Source: Candidatus Omnitrophota bacterium
Lineage (GTDB): Bacteria > Omnitrophota > Omnitrophia > Omnitrophales > Aquincolibacteriaceae
Assembly: GCA_022705945.1 (NCBI GenBank)
Contig: JAKJDL010000009.1
Span: forward strand, 1-63,914
Direction of reading: 5' to 3'
DNA: 63,914 nucleotides
Below the pieces are notes generated by a model. It was not told where the DNA came from and searched no databases. It saw nothing but the letters and a program-made list of their open reading frames with translations. The position numbers and the translations under genes are program-made. Below are positions 30,565 through 39,444 of this stretch, in pieces; the stretch's first letter is position 1, and each line of letters opens with the position of its first letter.

Positions 30565-30879
30565 AAAACCCTCTCTATCCGAAAACCTTCGGTTCCTTTA
30601 TGCTCCTGCAAACAGACGGGCGATCCTTTTTGAAGGGAGTGATTCTAATAAAAAGGCACTGGATTGTAAATTTGATTTTATCGGACGGTCTGTAACTATT
30701 ATTAAACAAAGGGGTTAGAATCGGTTTTGTATTTTTTTATATTGGGGGCACTTCAAAAACACCGGAGGGGGGCCCGCGGAACCGTTTCTGGGTGAAAATA
30801 AAAAAGCGACCGGGGATATGATGCGCTATTCCCGTTTCAGGCAAAATTCCCAAATTCACAAGGGCTTATGCCCTCCCGC

Positions 30880-31275
30880 TCAGGATATCTTATCCCAAGG
30901 GTCTTCCTCAGACTCCGCATCGAATGAAAATTTCTTCTTGTTTAAATCCGGGGACAGTTTATAAAGCAATTCAAGTTCCAGAATCTGGGAGTCGCGAACG
31001 GCTTCCCTCTCAATCCGTTTTACAAGACGTTTCAAGACTCCGATTCCCATACCGAGCTTTTCGATACAAAGGGCCATCAGCAAACGGGTTAGAAGATTGA
31101 CGTGAACTTCGAGATCGGTAATTCTGTCGTTATTCGTTTCCCTTGAATTTGCCACATCAAGAAGCTGCTTCTTGATGTCGGCGATGTGCGAGTAAAGCGA
31201 AAGAACATCCCTGAGGGAGTCTTCTTTTTTTCCTGAGGCCGGCGAAGCTCTGGTTTTCTTCTTTTTTGGCGGCAT
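30880..31275 (-). CDS. Hypothetical coiled-coil protein
   Basis: 131-aa ORF with heptad pattern and basic N-terminus, in operon orientation; no family recognised. Confidence 0.6.
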   Translation of the reverse strand: MPPKKKKTRASPASGKKEDSLRDVLSLYSHIADIKKQLLDVANSRETNNDRITDLEVHVNLLTRLLMALCIEKLGMGIGVLKRLVKRIEREAVRDSQILELELLYKLSPDLNKKKFSFDAESEEDPWDKIS

Positions 31276-31305
31276 AAATCACCCGCTAAATCCTAACACA
31301 CAAAA

Positions 31306-32520
31306 TCAGGCTTGTGCGGAACCGCCGGGAAGAAATTCAAGAAGGTCGCATTCGGGAAAAATGCGCGTTAAATAGGCGAGGGCGAATGTCCTGAAAAAAA
31401 TCGTAACCGGCAGCATCACAACGCCGGTCAAGATCATGCCCGTTACGACCAGCAGAACAGTTATCGCAACCCCGACAACTATGAGGGGAACGGTGAGCAG
31501 CGGTATGGTTTTCGTTAAAAGAATTCCGGGTATGATGATTGCCCCTCCCGCCACCACCACTCCGACAGCGGAAAATAATCCCGCCACAGTTTGAATCAAT
31601 GTCGCAAGAAACCCGAGAAAGAAAACTATGATGAAATACTTCAAAATCTTTCCCCATGAAAGCCTTTTCGAGCTTTTCAAAAGCCCCCAGGAGCCCGAAA
31701 CAGAAAGTTTGTATTGATACATGACTGGCAGGATAAAATCACGGACGGCCATCATCATAATCATCGTCGCCGCCAGGATGGCCAATAGGACAAAAACCCA
31801 TCCGACGAGCACTCCCATGTTCGGACCGGACGGCTGTTTTGTCATGATGAGACCCGCCACGGCTATTCCGGATATCAGGATGGATACTCCGACCACAGCC
31901 CCCATGAAGAAAAGTAGCCACCGAAAATAAATATTCCCGATTTCACGATGGGCCTGAAAAGACTTTTTTATTTCCATCTTCCCCGTAACCAAAAAGTCGA
32001 GAAGAACAAATCCAAAGCGGCTATTCAGCCAGAGAAAGCCTATCAGCGCTGAAAAACCCGCCAGGGCAAAAAACGGAATGCCCCCCAGTAAAGCGCCTTC
32101 CCCGATCTTTCTGGCCTTAACCCTGCGGGCTTTATCTTCTTCCTGAAGCTTTCGGATCCTCTCAGCGTTCGGACTGATTGAAATCTGAGTGCCGGGCTGC
32201 TGCCTTTCAGTCATGCCTCCGAGTTGCTGTTGAAGCCCTGTTTCAGGCATAACCTCATAGGGCAACGTGATAGGCCGCGGCGGAAGTTTTGGAATTCGAG
32301 GGGGCTGAAAAGGGGTTTTTTTGAATTTTTGTAATAATGTGTTTATCTGCGCTTTTTGCGGTGTGGCAATATTGAGACTGCATCCGGGGATTCCGGCCGA
32401 TGCCGCCCAAACCACAACCAGAACCATGATCCACCGCCAAAAACCAAAGGGCATTAAAACGGCAAGGCTCCGTTTCCATGAAAAATGGATCATTTTAAAA
32501 ATACCAGGCTCATTCTTCAT
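31306..32520 (-). CDS. Hypothetical multi-pass membrane protein with P/Q-rich loop
   Basis: 404-aa ORF, several hydrophobic helices, C-terminal PVTIFFRTFALAYL; family not confidently assigned. Confidence 0.7.
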   Translation of the reverse strand: MKNEPGIFKMIHFSWKRSLAVLMPFGFWRWIMVLVVVWAASAGIPGCSLNIATPQKAQINTLLQKFKKTPFQPPRIPKLPPRPITLPYEVMPETGLQQQLGGMTERQQPGTQISISPNAERIRKLQEEDKARRVKARKIGEGALLGGIPFFALAGFSALIGFLWLNSRFGFVLLDFLVTGKMEIKKSFQAHREIGNIYFRWLLFFMGAVVGVSILISGIAVAGLIMTKQPSGPNMGVLVGWVFVLLAILAATMIMMMAVRDFILPVMYQYKLSVSGSWGLLKSSKRLSWGKILKYFIIVFFLGFLATLIQTVAGLFSAVGVVVAGGAIIIPGILLTKTIPLLTVPLIVVGVAITVLLVVTGMILTGVVMLPVTIFFRTFALAYLTRIFPECDLLEFLPGGSAQA

Positions 32521-32548
32521 TGCCGTAAAACCTCAATCGTTCAAAATA

Positions 32549-32586
32549 AAAACCCTCCCCCATAACACCTGATGGGGGAGGGTTTT
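32549..32586 (-). terminator. Intrinsic terminator after the RDD gene
   Basis: Perfect 15-bp stem AAAACCCTCCCCCAT / ATGGGGGAGGGTTTT with 8-nt loop; U-rich tail on the minus strand. Confidence 0.85.
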
Positions 32587-32598
32587 ACGGAAAAACCT

Positions 32599-32988
32599 TT
32601 ACGCTTCGATAACCTGTGTTTTGGCCCAAAGGTCAGCAAGCCGATGACCTTTAACAGCCAGCATGATGATCTCGATAAGATAACCGACCACCAGCACAAA
32701 CGGAATGATCAGAAGAATATTCCGAATCAGGGCCTGGAGCCATGAAACCTTCTCACCGGTCAGGCTGACGATCTTGATCTTCACCATCGCGCGGCCCGGG
32801 GAATAAACCGCATCACGGAATAACAACCAGGCGACATTGACAAAGATAAGCACAACGCTCCGAACCGCATCCGGGGCGGCCAGGAGAACCAAACCGATGA
32901 TCACGCCGAGGATGATCGGAATAACGACAAGGTCGATAAGACCGGCCGCGAACCTCTTGCCCCTGCTTGCTGGAACCAATCCGTCCAT
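32599..32988 (-). CDS. RDD family membrane protein
   Basis: ASRGKRFAAGLID, SPGRAMVKIKIV, ALIRN, RLADLWAKTQV. Confidence 0.9.
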   Translation of the reverse strand: MDGLVPASRGKRFAAGLIDLVVIPIILGVIIGLVLLAAPDAVRSVVLIFVNVAWLLFRDAVYSPGRAMVKIKIVSLTGEKVSWLQALIRNILLIIPFVLVVGYLIEIIMLAVKGHRLADLWAKTQVIEA

Positions 32989-33048
32989 AATAAAACTCCT
33001 TTCGTTTAACTGGCTTGTCGTTCTAACAAAGCATAAAACCTTGCTAGG

Positions 33049-33077
33049 AATCTAGCTCTTAAGCGTCATGCTGTCAA
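33049..33077 (-). promoter_or_regulatory. Sigma70-type promoter upstream of the RDD gene
   Basis: TTGACA (33077-33072), 17-nt spacer, TAGATT (33054-33049). Confidence 0.7.
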
Positions 33078-33138
33078 AGCTTTTTATGCCCGAGATTCCC
33101 GAACTGAGTGTGTACTAGAGATCGGCATAACCGGGATT

Positions 33139-34290
33139 TCATTTAGCCGCAAAATATCTCCCGTCGGGAGTTTTCCTTACAAGCCCGCCAAGCTCCATAG
33201 TGAGTAGAAGCCCCGGGATACGGCCCGGTTCAATGCCGGTGATGTCAAGGATCTCCTCGGGCAACAACCCGCCTTCTTCTTTTAACGCTTCAATCACTGC
33301 TCCGGATTCTTCAAATCTTTCTATTTTGTAAACATCGCTTTGTCGAACCTCTCCCGAGTCCCCGGAATTATCCTGCGGGATTGGATTTTGCGCAGAAACC
33401 GCGGGTTCTTCCAAAAAAATCCCGGGTGCGGGTTTTTCATAAAAAACAATCCACCTGGAGGACAGAGCTTCAAAGATTTCTTCCGGATCCTCGGCAAGAA
33501 GGGCTCCTTCCCTGATAAGCCGGTGGGTCCCGCGCGAGGTCAGTTGATCCACGGGGCCCGGAAGCGCGAACACTTCCCGCCCCTGATCAAGCGCCTGGTG
33601 GGCTGTGATCAGAGATCCGCTCCGCGAATGAGCTTCGATCACAAGCGTGCCGAGAGAAAGACCTGAAATGATGCGGTTCCTTCTCGGAAAATTCTCGGCA
33701 AACGGCGGTGTTCCGAGAGCGTACTCGCTTACAAGCGCTCCCTTGGGGAAAATCCTTGAAAAAAGTTTTTCATTTTCTTTCGGATACACGACATCGATCC
33801 CGCAACCGAGCACCGCGATCGTCCTTCCGCAGGGGATTTCCAGAGCAGCTTCATGAGCAGCCTGGTCGATCCCGCGCGCGAGACCGGATACGATCGTAAC
33901 CCCTTTCCCGGCAAGTTCTCCGGCAAAACGTTTAGCCTGTGTTTTCCCGTAAAAGCTCGGGTGCCGGGTACCGACGATCGCAACGGCGTTCGCGTCGTTA
34001 TCCTCAAAAGTTCCTTTAACATAAATAACAAGCGGCGGATCGGGAATCTCCTTAAGCAGCTTCGGATAGTCGGCATCGCAAACAGAAAGCAGCCGGATAC
34101 CTTTTTGCCGGCAAAGCGCAACCTCTTTCCCGGGATCAAATCCGTCCCACTCGACGGAACCAAGCATCTCAAGTATCTCGACCGCGGATTTCCCTTCCCC
34201 CAATAAATCTCTGGCTCGCCTCCGCTCTTCAATCCCGAGCCGGTTCAGTGCGAGCATCGCGGCCCATTCGTTTTCCTTCCTCTCCTTCAT
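33139..34290 (-). CDS. dprA: DNA-processing protein DprA/Smf
   Basis: YPKLLKEIPDPP, VAIVGTR, IVSGLARGID, NFPRRNRIISGLS, SGSLITA, GTHRLIREGA. Confidence 0.96.
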   Translation of the reverse strand: MKERKENEWAAMLALNRLGIEERRRARDLLGEGKSAVEILEMLGSVEWDGFDPGKEVALCRQKGIRLLSVCDADYPKLLKEIPDPPLVIYVKGTFEDNDANAVAIVGTRHPSFYGKTQAKRFAGELAGKGVTIVSGLARGIDQAAHEAALEIPCGRTIAVLGCGIDVVYPKENEKLFSRIFPKGALVSEYALGTPPFAENFPRRNRIISGLSLGTLVIEAHSRSGSLITAHQALDQGREVFALPGPVDQLTSRGTHRLIREGALLAEDPEEIFEALSSRWIVFYEKPAPGIFLEEPAVSAQNPIPQDNSGDSGEVRQSDVYKIERFEESGAVIEALKEEGGLLPEEILDITGIEPGRIPGLLLTMELGGLVRKTPDGRYFAAK

Positions 34291-34811
34291 GTGCGAAACC
34301 CGATGGGACGCTCGGCGCGATCTTCCCGTACGGAAGCAAGCTCACGAATCGCCTGAATGATATCGCAGACCCGTTCGTCGTGTTTTACGATCTTCGATTC
34401 AGGCTCATCGAGCTTGTAAGCCGGCTGTTTACGGGCAGACAGTGTTTTCCTGAGTCTGACAAAGACCCGCATGACCGCGGCATTGACCCGGGCGGCCTTG
34501 CTTCGTAACACGCCCGGCAACATGGCGGTCCCTTGCTCCGTAAAAGCATACGGACAGCATTTAAGGTTCCTCCTCCGCGCCGACCGTTTCAAGGTCACAA
34601 ACTGTGGCCTTGAATTTGTCTTTTCGTCCCGGTTCGACCGGAACATAAAATCTTCCGGAAAACGTTCGCGGTTACGCTTGACCGCCCGGATCAAAACTTT
34701 GGCCGGAACACCGCAAAAGGCTGTCAAATCCCGGTCGAACAAAACCTTTTTCTCCCGGATCAGATAAGTCAGCGATGATATTTCAGAAACCGTAATATCC
34801 CGGATTTTCAT
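34287..34811 (-). CDS. ORF6N domain DNA-binding protein (phage antirepressor-like), divergent
   Basis: KVLFDRDL, AVKRNRERFPEDFMF, PYAFTEQG, VMRVFVRLR, RPIGF; ATGA overlap with dprA. Confidence 0.85.
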   Translation of the reverse strand: MKIRDITVSEISSLTYLIREKKVLFDRDLTAFCGVPAKVLIRAVKRNRERFPEDFMFRSNRDEKTNSRPQFVTLKRSARRRNLKCCPYAFTEQGTAMLPGVLRSKAARVNAAVMRVFVRLRKTLSARKQPAYKLDEPESKIVKHDERVCDIIQAIRELASVREDRAERPIGFRT

Positions 34812-34817
34812 GGTAAA

Positions 34818-34846
34818 AAGTTAACATTGATATATGTTATTGTCAA
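34818..34846 (-). promoter_or_regulatory. Sigma70-type promoter, probably leaderless, for ORF6N-dprA
   Basis: TTGACA (34846-34841), 17-nt spacer, TG-extended TAACTT (34823-34818); ATG 6 nt downstream, no Shine-Dalgarno. Confidence 0.65.
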
Positions 34847-34915
34847 TATATAATTGATTTATTAGCATCTTTGAGAGATGGCTCATTCCCTCGGGACTCT
34901 GATTTTCAAAGAGAG

Positions 34916-36025
34916 TTACTTTGAACCGAAAAGACGGAGGATGTTGCGAATCTCGCCGGCCGGGATGCCCGTCTTGACGGTGACTTTCCCGATCCGCTCG
35001 GGGAGCACAAAGCGGAGCCGGCCTTTGGATTTTTTCTTGTCCTGCATCATGGCCCTAAGAATGGAAGCTGTGCGGATTTCCAGGGCATCGACGGCAACGG
35101 GAAGCTCGAGTCGTTTGAGTAAAGCAAGCTGACGAAGCGCTAACCGAGGGCTGCAGATTCCAACCTCGACCGCAAGATGAGCGGCCATAGCCATGCCGAT
35201 CGCGACAGCTTCCCCGTGAACGATTTTTTTATATTTTGAGGCGTTTTCGATCCCGTGCCCGAACGTGTGCCCGTAGTTCAGAATGATCCGCTCCCCTCGT
35301 GTTTCAAACTCGTCCCGGCTTACCACTCCGGCCTTAATCCCGGCAGAAGCTGTTACGATTCTTTCAAGAGCCGCGGGATCTTTCCTGAGAATTTTTCCGG
35401 TATTTTCTTCAAGAAAGGCGAAAAGCCCGGCGTCACGGATCACACCGTATTTTACGGCTTCAGCAAGAGAGGCTCGGAGCTCGCGCGGCGGAAGCGACCT
35501 TAAAAGATCAATATCCGAGATCACAAGCGCCGGAGGATAAAAAGCACCCATCAGGTTTTTCCCTTCGGATAGATTGATTCCCGTTTTCCCTCCGATCGAA
35601 CTGTCAACTTGGGCGAGCAGGGTCGTCGCGATATTCACGTACCGAATCCCGCGAAGATAAACCGAGGCCGCAAAACCGGAAAGATCGCTCACAACACCGC
35701 CGCCGACCGCCACGATCCCGTCCTTGCGCTCAAAGCCCTTCGACAGCAGCGTGTGCAGGAGCTTCAAAAGTTCATGGCCGGATTTGGCGCGCTCCCCGTC
35801 AGGAAGGCGGTGAAAAAAAATCTTAAAACCTTTTTCCTCAAGGGATGCCGCAGCGCGGCGCGCGTAGTTGTCGATCTTTGCCTGGGAAACCACCATAATC
35901 CGGGCGCCGGGCTGAAAGATTCCCGAAACCAGCCGCCCGCATCCGGCAAGTAACCCCCGGCCGATTACAATTTTATAATTTTCTTTGACGCTTTTTACGG
36001 GGATCGTTTTCATTTTTTTCTTCAT
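34916..36025 (-). CDS. aroB: 3-dehydroquinate synthase
   Basis: PDGERAK, VGGGVVSDL, TTLLAQVDSSIGGKTGIN, KNLMGAF, LNYGHTFGH, HGEAVAIGM, DKK. Confidence 0.97.
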   Translation of the reverse strand: MKKKMKTIPVKSVKENYKIVIGRGLLAGCGRLVSGIFQPGARIMVVSQAKIDNYARRAAASLEEKGFKIFFHRLPDGERAKSGHELLKLLHTLLSKGFERKDGIVAVGGGVVSDLSGFAASVYLRGIRYVNIATTLLAQVDSSIGGKTGINLSEGKNLMGAFYPPALVISDIDLLRSLPPRELRASLAEAVKYGVIRDAGLFAFLEENTGKILRKDPAALERIVTASAGIKAGVVSRDEFETRGERIILNYGHTFGHGIENASKYKKIVHGEAVAIGMAMAAHLAVEVGICSPRLALRQLALLKRLELPVAVDALEIRTASILRAMMQDKKKSKGRLRFVLPERIGKVTVKTGIPAGEIRNILRLFGSK

Positions 36026-36026
36026 T

Positions 36027-36536
36027 TTACTTTATAAGAGTCAGGATGTTTTTTGCGGCGGCTTCGGCCGTAAGATCGTCCGTCATGACCGAGTAGTCGC
36101 AGGTCGCTTTATACCGGGCCCTCCGCCCGTCCAGGATCTTCTCGAGTGAACTTTTCGGGTCCGGAGTCTGGAGAAGAGGCCTGTTCTTATCCCGGCAAAC
36201 CCGCTCCCAAAGCACTTCCGGCGAGGCTTCGAGCAGAATCACCTTGCCCGTTCTGCGCATCAGCCCAACATTTTCATCGCGAAGCACGATCCCCCCGCCT
36301 GTGGAAAAAACATGCTTCTCCAGATTCGACGCCCACTTCAAAACGGCGGTCTCTACATCCCGAAAATAGGATTCACCTTCGACTGCGAAGATCCCGGTAA
36401 TGGACCGACCCTCGCGCTTTTCGATCTCCTGATCCAGGTCGAGGAATCCGTAATCAAGCATCACCGCCAGAGCCTTCCCGGTCACGCTTTTCCCCGAGCC
36501 CATCATCCCCGTGAGATAAATATTGTTTTTGGTCAT
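36027..36536 (-). CDS. aroK: Shikimate kinase
   Basis: LTGMMGSGKSVTG, DLD, GESYFRDVE, STGGG, NRPLL. Confidence 0.96.
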   Translation of the reverse strand: MTKNNIYLTGMMGSGKSVTGKALAVMLDYGFLDLDQEIEKREGRSITGIFAVEGESYFRDVETAVLKWASNLEKHVFSTGGGIVLRDENVGLMRRTGKVILLEASPEVLWERVCRDKNRPLLQTPDPKSSLEKILDGRRARYKATCDYSVMTDDLTAEAAAKNILTLIK

Positions 36537-36561
36537 CTTAAACCGTTCCCGGCATCAGGGT

Positions 36562-37680
36562 TTATGACCGGATCTGTTTCAGGTAACCGTTAAAATTGCG
36601 ACGGATTTCGGTTAAAGAATCCCCGCCGAATTTTTCGAGAAAAGCATCCGCAAGCACGAACGCCACCAGAGCTTCCCCGATCACACTGCCGGCGGGCACG
36701 GCGCAAAAATCGCTCCGCTCAAAATCAGCTTTTTCGGTTTTTTTTGTGCGCATGTTGACGGAAACGAGAGGACGGGAAAGCGTCGCGATCGGTTTCATCG
36801 TCACGCGGACAATCAAATCTTCTCCGTTTGTCATTCCGCCCTCAATGCCGCCCGCGCGGTTCGTCTTGTGATAATATCCCCCGGTTTTTGAAAAAAAGAT
36901 CTCATCATGCGCATCGGATCCAAAAAGAGATCCCAGGCGGTCCCCTTCTCCGATCTCAACCGCCTTCACGGATTGCTTGCTCATCAGGACCCCCGCGAGA
37001 CGCCCGTCCAGTTTCCTCGCGTAATGGACATAGGAGCCAAGACCGGCCGGAAGCCCCGTCGCCCGGATTTCGTATTTGCCGCCGACCGTGTCGGAATGCT
37101 TCCGGGCCCTTTCAATCATTCGGACCATTTCCTCCCCGGTCTTTTTGCAGACACAATTGACGGGAGAGCCTTTCGAAAGCGAACGGATCTCCTTGACGCT
37201 CAACGCCCTTTCCCGGAGTTTCACGGACCCGATCTGGATCACATGTCCCGCGATCTCAATGCCAAATTCCTTAAGAAGCATTTTGCAGACCGCCCCGACA
37301 GCAACGCGCATCGAGGTCTCCCGGGCGCTTGACCTTTCAAGAACGGCCCGAATGTTCTGGTGATACTTGAGGGCGCCCGCAAGATCGGCGTGACCGGGCC
37401 TCGGCCTTTCGAGATCCGGAAGCACGTCCAGCGTGGTGTCTTTGTTTTTCAGAAGCAGTCCGAGCGGAGCCCCGGTCGTCTTGTTCCGTATCACGCCTCC
37501 CATCACCTCGACGCTATCGGTTTCGATCTGCTGCCTTCCCCCGCGGCCAAACCCTCCCTGCCGGCGGCGAAGTTCAGCGTTCACAAAATCCAGGTCGAAC
37601 GCAAGTCCGCTCGGCAGTCCTTCAAGAACCGCCGCAAGATACCTGCCGTGTGATTCTCCGGTCGTAATATAGTTCAGCAT
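36562..37680 (-). CDS. aroC: Chorismate synthase
   Basis: TTGESHG, RRQGGFGRGGRQ, PRPGHADL, ERSSARET, NRAGGIEGGMTNG, MKPIATL, ERSD. Confidence 0.97.
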   Translation of the reverse strand: MLNYITTGESHGRYLAAVLEGLPSGLAFDLDFVNAELRRRQGGFGRGGRQQIETDSVEVMGGVIRNKTTGAPLGLLLKNKDTTLDVLPDLERPRPGHADLAGALKYHQNIRAVLERSSARETSMRVAVGAVCKMLLKEFGIEIAGHVIQIGSVKLRERALSVKEIRSLSKGSPVNCVCKKTGEEMVRMIERARKHSDTVGGKYEIRATGLPAGLGSYVHYARKLDGRLAGVLMSKQSVKAVEIGEGDRLGSLFGSDAHDEIFFSKTGGYYHKTNRAGGIEGGMTNGEDLIVRVTMKPIATLSRPLVSVNMRTKKTEKADFERSDFCAVPAGSVIGEALVAFVLADAFLEKFGGDSLTEIRRNFNGYLKQIRS

Positions 37681-37683
37681 GGT

Positions 37684-38475
37684 TCAGACTCCGTAAAGTT
37701 TTAACAAAAGATCCATGACCCGGTTTCCCGCAAAATAAAAGATCACGGACATCACCGCGAGAAAGGGTCCGTAAGGGATCGTTTCCTGTTTTTTGACGAA
37801 ACGGTAAAAAAGAGCGTAGGGCAAAGCGATAAAAGGCGACAGCATGAAGATCAGGAACACTTTTTCGATACCCGTAAAAGCCCCCACCATCGCTAGAAGC
37901 TTGACGTCCCCGCCCCCCATGCTTTCCTTGCGGAACACCTTCGTGCCGATCCAGCCGGTCAGGTAAAGGATAGCTCCGCCTCCGAGCAGTCCTGCCGCGC
38001 TGGCAAGAAGTTTATGATACCACAGGCCTTCCGGGAACGCGTTCACGTTCACCACGCTCACGCAGAGCCCCAGGATCATTCCCGGTATCGTGATCTTGTC
38101 CGGGATCAGTCCGGTCTCAAGGTCGGTGATCGTTACCACGATCATCATAGAAACAAAAACAGCGCTGATCGCGGAGACAGCGGAAAGGCCGATAGCCTTC
38201 CAGATCAAAAGCCAGCTCACCGCGTTCAGGACCTCCACAAAAAAATACCTGAACGGGATCCGCCTTTTGCACCGGAAACATTTCCCGCCAAGGATCAGGT
38301 AGCTCAGAATAGGTATGTTCTCATACCACGGAATCGGCGTTTTACATTGGGGGCAAAAGGACCCGGGCCACACGATTGAAAGCTCGCGCGGCATCCGGTG
38401 GATACAGACATTCATAAAGCTTCCCGCGATCGCGCCGAACATAAACACCACCGCGGGATAAAAAAACTCCATCAA
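37684..38475 (-). CDS. pilD: Prepilin peptidase (A24)
   Basis: GSFMNVCIHRMP, SFCPQC, WYENIPILSY, CFRC, TDLETGLIPD, MGGGDVKL, PYGPFL. Confidence 0.92.
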   Translation of the reverse strand: MMEFFYPAVVFMFGAIAGSFMNVCIHRMPRELSIVWPGSFCPQCKTPIPWYENIPILSYLILGGKCFRCKRRIPFRYFFVEVLNAVSWLLIWKAIGLSAVSAISAVFVSMMIVVTITDLETGLIPDKITIPGMILGLCVSVVNVNAFPEGLWYHKLLASAAGLLGGGAILYLTGWIGTKVFRKESMGGGDVKLLAMVGAFTGIEKVFLIFMLSPFIALPYALFYRFVKKQETIPYGPFLAVMSVIFYFAGNRVMDLLLKLYGV

Positions 38476-39356
38476 GACTTCCCTTTCCCCTGAAGGGCTT
38501 CAAGAAGCGCCGTTTTCATCGCACTCAAAGGTGCTTTCCCGCCGCTCCAGCATTCAAAAGCACGGACTCCCTGATAAAAAAGCATGCCAAGACCGTTCAG
38601 GGTCTTGTGCCCCCTGCGGCCGGCAATCTTCAGGAATCTCGTCCTCTCAGGATTGTAAATAAGGTCCATAAAAAGCTTGGGGCGCCGCCCCGCTTTCGGG
38701 ATCCACTCCTGGGAAACGGCCAACGGGTCCTCGCTCTTGAGCCCGAGCGGTGTCGCATTAATCACAAGGTCGGCTTCCTCGATCCTGTCCCGGATCCCGG
38801 GATCACCCGCGGCAAAAGCCCGGCAATCAGTCTTGGGGAAAATTCCGGCAATAGCCTCGGCAATCCTCCCGGCTTTTTCGGGGAACACGTCCACGATCGT
38901 GACTGCGGCCGCGTCTTCTTTGGAAAGTCCGTAAACAACGGCCCGTGAGGCCCCGCCGGCTCCGAGCACGACAGCCCGCTTGCCCCGGGGAGAGAACTTC
39001 GCATCCCTGGCCAGGGAAAGCAGGAATCCTTCCATGTCGGTGTTGGTGCCGTACCACTTCCCGCCTTTTTTATAGACGGTATTGACCGCCCCGATCGCAC
39101 GGGCTTCCGTCGAAACCTTGTCAAGATACCGGGAGACGGTTTCCTTGTAAGGCACCGTAACATTAAACCCGGAAAGCACGCATTTTTTCAGATCCCGCAT
39201 CGCAGTCCGGAAGGAATCCGGATCAAGCTCAAGGACAATATAGTTTGCGTCAAGCCCGATCGCGCGGAACCCGGCCTCATGCATATAAGGGGAAAGGGTG
39301 TGCCCGAGAGGATAGCCAAAAATACCGAAAAGCTTGAAAGGTTCCGTTTTTTTCAC
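38472..39356 (-). CDS. aroE: Shikimate dehydrogenase
   Basis: HTLSPYMH, GFNVTVPYK, IGAVNT, NTDMEG, GAGGASRA, INATPLG, DLIYNP, GLGMLFYQG. Confidence 0.96.
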   Translation of the reverse strand: MKKTEPFKLFGIFGYPLGHTLSPYMHEAGFRAIGLDANYIVLELDPDSFRTAMRDLKKCVLSGFNVTVPYKETVSRYLDKVSTEARAIGAVNTVYKKGGKWYGTNTDMEGFLLSLARDAKFSPRGKRAVVLGAGGASRAVVYGLSKEDAAAVTIVDVFPEKAGRIAEAIAGIFPKTDCRAFAAGDPGIRDRIEEADLVINATPLGLKSEDPLAVSQEWIPKAGRRPKLFMDLIYNPERTRFLKIAGRRGHKTLNGLGMLFYQGVRAFECWSGGKAPLSAMKTALLEALQGKGKS

Positions 39357-39444
39357 GCCGCTTGCTCCGCACCAAATTTCACAGATTCAAATCTCCACGA
39401 AACCGTTCTGTGTGGATAGAATTATTTTGAAACCTGCCGGACTT

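Noticed and set aside
30565-30879. ncRNA or tRNA in the larger spacers (also 45397-45618, 55236-55396)
   Set aside because: No cloverleaf or recognisable Rfam-like motif; only short weak stems. A cmscan run would be needed to exclude this fully.
39411-39419. DnaA-box-like CTATCCACA
   Set aside because: Single mismatched box, with no cluster, unwinding element or dnaA nearby.
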